This document shows positions 47,660-54,214 of a DNA stretch of 54,214 nt, one piece after another (position 1 is the first letter of the stretch; each line of letters opens with the position of its first letter). The stretch is from assembly GCA_041601615.1 (NCBI GenBank), contig JBFIHX010000017.1, positions 1-54,214 on the forward strand, written 5' to 3'. Under the pieces are notes generated by a model that worked only from the letters and a program-made list of their open reading frames with translations, was not told the origin of the DNA and did no database searches. The DNA is from Thermoplasmatota archaeon. GTDB taxonomy: Archaea > Thermoplasmatota > E2 > JACPAO01 > JAHFTW01. Position numbers and translations under genes: made by a program.

Positions 47660-49555
47660 ATGCTCCGAACCGGAAACCGACGTACAAGGAACTCCGCCCT
47701 CGCGGGATTGCTTGCGGTGATGCTCTTCGTATTCCCGTCAATAGTAGCAGCTGAGCCGGTGGCCGGCACGTTCCAGGCGTCCGGTACGACCGCACTCGAC
47801 GGACCCCATAATCTTGCCTGGGACACCGTCGGCGCCTCCCTGCGACCACAGGACGGCAGGGAGGGAACTGCTGAAGTGCAGTTGGAACAGGCGCGGGTGC
47901 AGTGGGTCAACCTCCCCCGCATCGTGACCCTCGTACACGGCCCCGGGGCGTCCGAGTACTCACACAGCACGAACGGCGACCTGGAGGTGGTCCACGACCA
48001 GGTCGTCACGGGAAGACTCGTCGTCGCCCTCGACGCCGGCAACGAGGAGGTCCGCCTCCTGCCGCAGGGCAACGCCCTCCGCATCCCGACCACCGCGACC
48101 CTGGCCACGATCCACCCCGCCGGCTCGACGCTCCTTCCCCCTCCGAACTCCACTGCGGAGGGGCGCGCCAACGTCCTCGGCACGGACATCCGATTCCCCC
48201 CGCCACACACCCACGCGCTGGCCCACGACGCGTCCCTGGAGCAGACGCGGATGGACCTGTTCGTCCCTGCGGGCACAATCTGGCTTCCGGGCGAGGACGC
48301 GCCGCGCGAGGCAGGACGAAACCTCAACGCCTCCCGCAGCCTCATCGACCCCACCACCGGCAGCGGCCGTTACGTCTACGACAACTGGGTCCTGCTCGTC
48401 ACCAGCGGCCGCACCGACGTCACCTCTGACGGCCTCGACTGGCACCTCGCCGCCACCCGCGTCCAGGGCACTCTCGATGGCACGGCGCGCTGGCAGGGCA
48501 TCGTAGGTGCCGTTGCCGTCAACGGCACCCGCACCGCCGACGACCCTGAGACCTTGGAGGTGCAGGGCGACCTTCGCATCTCGTCCAACCTCCGCAGCGC
48601 ACCCATCCGCTGGAACCTTGGTGGTGAAGCGGTCCGCGTCGGGCTCGACAATGAGCCCTTCTGGCAATCCACGGCCACCGTCGCTGGCCTCGGTGCCCTG
48701 ACCGCCCTCGGCCTGCTCGCCATCGCCTTGCGCGGCATGGCCACCGTCGTCCTGGGCCGCTCCACGCCCGGTCTGCTGAAGGCCAGCCTCGACAGCCCCA
48801 GCCGCAGGCGCATCCTCCAGGCCATCCACGCCCACCAACCTGTGCGGCCCGCAGATCTCCCGCGCCTGACCGGCATGACCCGGAGCACCCTCCGTTACCA
48901 CCTGCGCGTCCTCGACGCCCACGATGTCCTCCAGGCCCACGTCCCTGCCGGCGAGAGCCGCCGCGTCGCCACCCTGATGCTCAACAGCGGCAGCCACGCC
49001 TTCCACACCACCGGCACCGCGACCCTCGTCGAGGACGTACCCGGAACCGTGCGGGCCGACGAGGCCCTCGGCACCGCCCACGGCCACCCCCTGCGCCGCG
49101 CCCTCTGCGACGCTCTCCTCGAACACGGCCCAGGCGACTTCCAGACCCTGCGCGACCGACTCCGCGCTGCCGGCGTGGAAGCAGACCTCCAGCAGAGAAC
49201 CGCCAGTTACCACCTCATCAAGCTCTGCAAGGCCGGCGCCATCGCCAGCAAGTGGATGGATGGCCGCAAAGTCAACGAAGCCAACCTCGACCCTACCGCT
49301 GTCCGCGCCGAGCAGTACCGCCGCTACCTGCACCAGCAGGGTGCCCTCGACCTCGTCCAGGCCCTCACCAGCCAGAGCATGCCCCGCGACGACGTCTTGC
49401 ATCACCTCCAGCAACGCCACCACTCCCGCCGCACCGCTAGCCGCGTCCTGGCGGACCTCGTCGCCGTCGCCATCCTCGAACCCACCTCCTCCAACCGCTA
49501 CAGGCTCTCCCCGCCTCTGCGGACCGTCGCCCCCACCCTGAGGAACCACACATGA
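47660..49555 (+). CDS. Membrane-anchored one-component regulator (signal peptide, extracellular domain, TM, ArsR-like wHTH domains)
   Basis: Signal peptide; TM GLGALTALGLLAIAL; RRRILQAI..TRSTLRYHLRVL and HPLRRAL..TASYHLIKL. Confidence 0.8.
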   Translation: MLRTGNRRTRNSALAGLLAVMLFVFPSIVAAEPVAGTFQASGTTALDGPHNLAWDTVGASLRPQDGREGTAEVQLEQARVQWVNLPRIVTLVHGPGASEYSHSTNGDLEVVHDQVVTGRLVVALDAGNEEVRLLPQGNALRIPTTATLATIHPAGSTLLPPPNSTAEGRANVLGTDIRFPPPHTHALAHDASLEQTRMDLFVPAGTIWLPGEDAPREAGRNLNASRSLIDPTTGSGRYVYDNWVLLVTSGRTDVTSDGLDWHLAATRVQGTLDGTARWQGIVGAVAVNGTRTADDPETLEVQGDLRISSNLRSAPIRWNLGGEAVRVGLDNEPFWQSTATVAGLGALTALGLLAIALRGMATVVLGRSTPGLLKASLDSPSRRRILQAIHAHQPVRPADLPRLTGMTRSTLRYHLRVLDAHDVLQAHVPAGESRRVATLMLNSGSHAFHTTGTATLVEDVPGTVRADEALGTAHGHPLRRALCDALLEHGPGDFQTLRDRLRAAGVEADLQQRTASYHLIKLCKAGAIASKWMDGRKVNEANLDPTAVRAEQYRRYLHQQGALDLVQALTSQSMPRDDVLHHLQQRHHSRRTASRVLADLVAVAILEPTSSNRYRLSPPLRTVAPTLRNHT

Positions 49556-50385
49556 AACTGATCATCCCCCTCCTGTTGCTTGCCACGCTCGCCGGCTGTC
49601 TCGGCTCCAACGAACCCGGCGACGAACCACCTGGCGGCACCGATGGCCCGGACCCTGGCCCCAGCAGACCGACTCCGGACGGAAAAGACCCCGGCCAGAA
49701 CGAAACGCCATCCCAGCCAACCATCGACCGCATCTGGGGCGGGCAGACACTGGAGGCAGTGGACTGCCGGATGACCTATCACAACGCCCTCGCAGACCGG
49801 GAGGCCGTCGAGGCACACGTTCCCGACCGCCTCACGGTTCCAGGCAATGGCCCCGCCCTGCTGACCATCCTCCTGCTCGACTGCCACTCCATGACTGTCG
49901 GCAACGAGAGCCTCCAGAAAGACGCCTGGATGTACCTCACCATCGTCGCTGTCGACGACCAAGACCCCTCCACGGAGGACGCGTTCACCTACCTGCTCGA
50001 CTTCGGAAGCGACTGGGACCAAGCTTGGAAGCCACTCCAGGAACGCGGCGCATCCGCATTTGGCGGCCGGTTCGACCATGCGGTCGTCGCCGACACGGAC
50101 GAACTTACCTTCGCGGCCGACGGTTTTTCCTATATGTTCCGTGACACGGGCGATGGGGCCACCCACATACAACGGGACCCATGGCAGTCGACGCTCCTGG
50201 TAGGTCCCAACGCCGAGACGGCCCTCCAATACTCCCTCCACTACACCAGCTACGCGAACCTTCCTATTTCCGGCATCCTGCAACTGGACGGGGGCATGTT
50301 GTCCGAGATCATCGGCCCAGCCGCACCCTCTGTAAGCGGCGACGCCTTAGGTGGCGCATCGCTGAAAGAAATCCCCTTCTCCTAG
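49552..50385 (+). CDS. Hypothetical lipoprotein
   Basis: Lipobox LAGC, Pro/Gly linker; ATGA-coupled to the regulator. Confidence 0.78.
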   Translation: MKLIIPLLLLATLAGCLGSNEPGDEPPGGTDGPDPGPSRPTPDGKDPGQNETPSQPTIDRIWGGQTLEAVDCRMTYHNALADREAVEAHVPDRLTVPGNGPALLTILLLDCHSMTVGNESLQKDAWMYLTIVAVDDQDPSTEDAFTYLLDFGSDWDQAWKPLQERGASAFGGRFDHAVVADTDELTFAADGFSYMFRDTGDGATHIQRDPWQSTLLVGPNAETALQYSLHYTSYANLPISGILQLDGGMLSEIIGPAAPSVSGDALGGASLKEIPFS

Positions 50386-50441
50386 ATGAGTCCTTGAAGA
50401 AACCTAGAAGCATCAAATACGAATCTATGATTGTCAAACAC

Positions 50442-50723
50442 ATGCAAGGAAACAAGTTACTATTCATCATGGCTGCCCTCCTCGCCCTCCTAGTGATACC
50501 CGCTGCCACGGCGGAACGGCCCGACACCTCCCTCAACATCTACGTCCACACCGAGATGGTGGAGGTCATCATCGGCGACTGCGGCGTCCAGGACGACGAG
50601 TCCAGCGGCATCACCTGGGGCTACGACTATAATGCACCCGCCGAGGTTTGGTTCTCCTACCCCAACCCCAAATCCGGAACGGGCTGGACTGAGTCCACCG
50701 TCACCATCTGCGTCCACTCATAG
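50442..50723 (+). CDS. Small secreted protein (2 Cys)
   Basis: MQGNKLLFIMAALLALLVIPAATA signal. Confidence 0.65.
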   Translation: MQGNKLLFIMAALLALLVIPAATAERPDTSLNIYVHTEMVEVIIGDCGVQDDESSGITWGYDYNAPAEVWFSYPNPKSGTGWTESTVTICVHS

Positions 50724-50776
50724 GGCTGTTTCCAAACGAGCGGTCACAGATGCCTTTGCAGGGCAGGCGCTGAGCG

Positions 50777-51304
50777 ATGTCCATGCCAGGATCTCTCTCC
50801 CTCATCCCCTCTGCTGCCTCGACCGCGCCAACGACCCGGCAGGTCATCCTCGCGGCCATCCAGTCCAACGAAGGGCTCACCAAGACCCAACTTGCCAAGA
50901 CGCTCGACCTCGGCTGGGGCACCATTTGCCACCACCTCGTCAAACTGGAGAAGGCCCGTGCCGTCCGGGCATTCCACCACGGCCGCAACACCCACCTCTT
51001 TCCCACGACCCGCAGCCGGAAGGACATGGAGGCCGTCGTCGTGCAGAGGCACCCCGCCGTGCAGCGCATCCTTGGTCTCCTGCGCGAACGCACCGAACTG
51101 ACCATGCCCACCATCATGGAGAAAGCCAGCCTCTCGCGCTACGTCGCCAACGCCAGCCTCGCCGAGATGGAAGAGATCGGCCTCGTCGTCCGCGTCGGCA
51201 CAGGCCGCCCCCGCTATCGGGCTCCCGACCGCTTCTCGGCTTACGTCCCCGACGCCACGCAGGCGTGGGGGCATGGACCCCGCGCCGCCTCCGTCATGGA
51301 TTGA
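50777..51304 (+). CDS. Tandem winged HTH regulator, paralog of 46898-47416
   Basis: GLTKTQLAKTLDLGWGTICHHLVKL plus second HTH ending RPRY. Confidence 0.8.
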   Translation: MSMPGSLSLIPSAASTAPTTRQVILAAIQSNEGLTKTQLAKTLDLGWGTICHHLVKLEKARAVRAFHHGRNTHLFPTTRSRKDMEAVVVQRHPAVQRILGLLRERTELTMPTIMEKASLSRYVANASLAEMEEIGLVVRVGTGRPRYRAPDRFSAYVPDATQAWGHGPRAASVMD

Positions 51305-51696
51305 TGACAGATGCCGAGCAATTTCTTGCTCTTCCCCCTCCCTCCTTGATGGACTGCCTGGCCCCGCGCGCCTGTAGACCTTCCTTCGGGAGGGCCACGC
51401 TCGCGAGGAGGAAGTCGGGCTTCTGGAGAAAGACTGCGCGGGCGGGAGGGCCTGGGTGGGTCGACCCAGTGGACGTAGATGCGGACTGCGACGTGGACGC
51501 CAACGACGGTCGGCTCGGCAATGTGGATCACGACGACCGACTGGCCGAACAGGGAGACGATTTCCAGTTCACGGTCCGTGGGGCCGTCCGTCGCGTGGAC
51601 GGAATCGCCCGGCTCAAGCGGGATGTACGCGATGGCGGCGAAAGCGGTCGGGGCCAGAAGGCCCGCCAGCATGACGAGGAGCAGGGTGCGGGACAC
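51241..51696 (-). CDS. Possible secreted protein, C-terminus possibly degraded
   Basis: Signal VSRTLLLVMLAGLLAPTAFA; tail looks random and overlaps the convergent gene. Confidence 0.45.
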   Translation of the reverse strand: MSRTLLLVMLAGLLAPTAFAAIAYIPLEPGDSVHATDGPTDRELEIVSLFGQSVVVIHIAEPTVVGVHVAVRIYVHWVDPPRPSRPRSLSPEARLPPRERGPPEGRSTGARGQAVHQGGRGKSKKLLGICHQSMTEAARGPCPHACVASGT

Positions 51697-52260
51697 AACA
51701 CCCCGCACGGGCCTGTGGTACTACCCGTTGTTCAGGGGAGGATTCGTGGGCTATGGTGCTGCAAGTTTCCGGATGCGATGCTCAATGCGCTGCCGCTATT
51801 CCTGCATCAATGCCGCATTCCCGAGGTCTCCGATTGGAATGTCCACGATCCGCCATCCTCCAATGCGAAACGGACCACCTTGTCCGTCTTGATGGTCTGG
51901 ATGCTCAACCAGTGGAATGGCCCGTCCAGGTGGACGGCGATCGTCTTCCAGCGGCACTACAACCGGCCCATGCTGGAGGACCGATTGGCCCGGCGCGACG
52001 TGCTGCCCGGCTCCGACGGAACCCGGCAGTCGCCCATGGAGAAGCTCGGCGCCGCGTACTGGAAATTCGAGCACGGCCTCCTAGACAAGGCCCAATTGGA
52101 GCACGTCCTGGAACTCACCCGGCTTGCAGAACGGACCCAAAAGACCACAAACCGCGAGGACTCTCCATCCTACGCGTGAAGAAACTCCCAGACGCCGCCG
52201 AGGCGACGCCCAGGAGTGGTTCATAGTCGGCCAATAGCACATAGCCAGCGACTATGGTTC

Positions 52261-52275
52261 ATAGCGGGGGATAGA
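52261..52275 (+). repeat. 15-bp direct repeat, right copy
   Basis: Identical to 42804-42818. Confidence 0.85.
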
Positions 52276-52524
52276 GTATATCCGATAAAATATCAAGATC
52301 ACATACCGAAATTGGCTTCTTTTCCTTTTCTTCCCTTTGGTTACATTGCACTTGCGCTTTGAAATCCGTAGCGTGCTTGACCTGCCCGCCCTTCCGAGAG
52401 TGCGCGGAGGCAACCTGAATTTGCAAAGCGACTAGGACAGGGTCTCGTAAGGAGTGGCAAGTGCAATAGGACCAGAATTCGGCCATCGACAACTAGAGTA
52501 TGGCCGGGTGGTTGTTGTGGTTTC

Positions 52525-52860
52525 ATGCCTCGGGACTCTGCGCCGATTCAGCATGACTTGCAAGCCGCCCTGGACGACCTGGACGACGCTAGGGACTACG
52601 ATGCGGCGTACTACATCGTCCTGGTCCTCCGGCTCCTGCGGCGTCTCAACGACGCAGAATCCCAACCCACCCGGAGCCTACAAGCGGTCTTGCTGGACCC
52701 CGTAATGGGTGCGTCGAGTCGCATGGCGTGGCCGGAGGACAAGGTGATCCTTGCCAATCCGTACTGGCTCGTGCGGGGCCCGCACGCAGCGGGCCAGGGC
52801 CGTGATGAGCACTTGCCCTTGGCGGGCCCGTTGGCGATGGCTGCGGGGCGCGTAGCATGA
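52525..52860 (+). CDS. Hypothetical 111-aa protein coupled to the HUH gene
   Basis: Stop overlaps next start (ATGA at 52857-52860). Confidence 0.5.
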   Translation: MPRDSAPIQHDLQAALDDLDDARDYDAAYYIVLVLRLLRRLNDAESQPTRSLQAVLLDPVMGASSRMAWPEDKVILANPYWLVRGPHAAGQGRDEHLPLAGPLAMAAGRVA

Positions 52861-53984
52861 GCGAATTCTTCACTCTCTCGCCGGAGCAGAAGGCAGCTTT
52901 TCACAAGGAACTGAAAGATTCCCTGGCCAATCGGAGGGACGCGAGGGCGGCGCCGGCAGTAGATGCCACTGATGGAAATGTGGAGAAGTGGAGCATCACG
53001 CGGCCCGCCATGGCTGTGTGTCGGCGCCGCTTCATGGCGGAGACGGATGGCGTGGGGCGTCCGTATTGGTTGCCGATTTACAATTGGATCAAGCCCCCCG
53101 ATGATTTTGGCGTCAAAGGGCACCCGGCGGGGTGCGCGGGGCCTTTGCTGCGAACAAAGTCCGGGGCGAGGCGGTCGCGGTTCCCCTGCGACAAGTACCA
53201 TTTCTGTACCTATTGCTGGGAGCGAAGGCGGCGCATGGGCGGCCTTCGCGCCGCATTGTACCACACCGGCCAGGACCAGATCGTCAAGTTCAGCATCAGC
53301 CTACCCGGCGTTCGAGCCAATCCAGAAAAAGTCGTGGAGGCGCGGAGGCAGGTCGTGAAGGTCTTGCGACGGGCGGGCTTTGATCGCCAAACCGTGTGGG
53401 TTCACACGTTCGGAGAAAACCCGGCTCAAGGCCCAAAGGGACACCTGGACGGCATCGCAAGCGGCCCCGCGGACGCGGACCCCGGCGTGTTCGACGTGGA
53501 CGCGCACGACGCATTGCAGCGAGTCTTACGGCCTTTCCATGAACGGCCCGACGCGGGCTTCTGGCAGCCGCACGTTCACCATCGCAGCGCCAAGCAACCG
53601 ACCGTCAGAAAGGACGTCAAGGAGCTCGTCAAGGCAGGCATGTACGCGGGTCGCCCCACGTTTCACACCAAGCGCATCTGGGCCGGCTTGTACGGCCCCA
53701 TGCACGACCTACGGGTGCGCATGACGTACACGGCGCCGAAGCGCAAGGGCCACGTCACGGCGCCTCTCGAAATCAATGGCTCGGCGGTCAAGGATTGGGC
53801 GTTCGAGGACCTGTACCGAGCCACGAAGGAAGCCGAAGAATGGCGTGAAATCGCAGGCCGAACCGTCATGCCCCGAGGCGCCAAGATCCGAGCCTTCGTG
53901 CTCGACGCCGTCCTCGACGACACACGGTGGCGCCGCCGCTACAGGCTTCCCAAGAGCAACGATCTGCGAGAGCGGTTCCTGTGA
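52857..53984 (+). CDS. Putative HUH-superfamily rolling-circle Rep / IS91-like transposase
   Basis: Cys cluster C..CDKYHFCTYC; motif-1-like FSISLP; motif-2-like HTFG...GHLD; motif-3-like YAGRP. Confidence 0.6.
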   Translation: MSEFFTLSPEQKAAFHKELKDSLANRRDARAAPAVDATDGNVEKWSITRPAMAVCRRRFMAETDGVGRPYWLPIYNWIKPPDDFGVKGHPAGCAGPLLRTKSGARRSRFPCDKYHFCTYCWERRRRMGGLRAALYHTGQDQIVKFSISLPGVRANPEKVVEARRQVVKVLRRAGFDRQTVWVHTFGENPAQGPKGHLDGIASGPADADPGVFDVDAHDALQRVLRPFHERPDAGFWQPHVHHRSAKQPTVRKDVKELVKAGMYAGRPTFHTKRIWAGLYGPMHDLRVRMTYTAPKRKGHVTAPLEINGSAVKDWAFEDLYRATKEAEEWREIAGRTVMPRGAKIRAFVLDAVLDDTRWRRRYRLPKSNDLRERFL

Positions 53985-54166
53985 GCCTTGGCCTAACAGC
54001 CCCGTTTGAGATAGCTACTGTTTCCCTAGAAACGGGGTTCTTAGACCACAGCGCTGCACATTCGCCACCTGAAGAGAATGTGTGTGTTGCTTACCCTGGG
54101 AACTCAAGTGCTGGCGGGTGGGGCTACCTAGTTATGCAAATTCTCCCCCCTCTCCAAACCTCTCTC

Positions 54167-54214
54167 CACCACCACCACCACCACCACCACCACCACCACC
54201 ACCACCACCACCAC
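54167..54214. repeat. (CAC)n trinucleotide repeat running off the window end
   Basis: About 16 perfect CAC units. Confidence 0.9.

Noticed and set aside
50632-52179. 515-aa ORF as a single gene
   Set aside because: Overlaps better-supported genes in other frames; only the last ~80 codons look coding.
54167-54214. (CAC)n as a telomere-like end or poly-His coding tract
   Set aside because: It runs off the sequence end and has no supporting ORF; most simply a microsatellite causing an assembly break. Cannot be evaluated.

Overview
A GC-rich archaeal genomic segment. The 23S signatures, carS, UPF0058, RAD55/KaiC and class III signal-peptide pilins are all archaeal; a Thermoplasmatota-like lineage is my inference. 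It opens inside the 3' end of a 23S rRNA gene with a linked 5S gene, then a large Upf1/DNA2-like SF1 helicase whose N-terminal half looks like an inactivated SF2 helicase. Next come a carS operon with a tandemly duplicated upstream region, a KaiC/RAD55-V4R signalling cluster, and a type IV pilus locus (4 pilins, ATPase, 2 TadC-like proteins) containing a membrane-anchored solo Cas4-like nuclease. Housekeeping genes (ftsY, kptA, tRNA-Cys, Fe-S oxidoreductase, enoyl-CoA hydratase, DedA, DoxX/HxlR) are interleaved with small secreted proteins that all have even cysteine counts. The right end is accessory: a ~9.5 kb island of lipoproteins, secreted proteins and winged-HTH regulators flanked by a perfect 15-bp direct repeat. 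Beyond it lie a structured non-coding region and a two-gene module encoding a divergent IS91/SNJ1-RepA-like HUH endonuclease. All calls come from reading motifs by eye; no database searches were run, and many start codons are my re-estimates.
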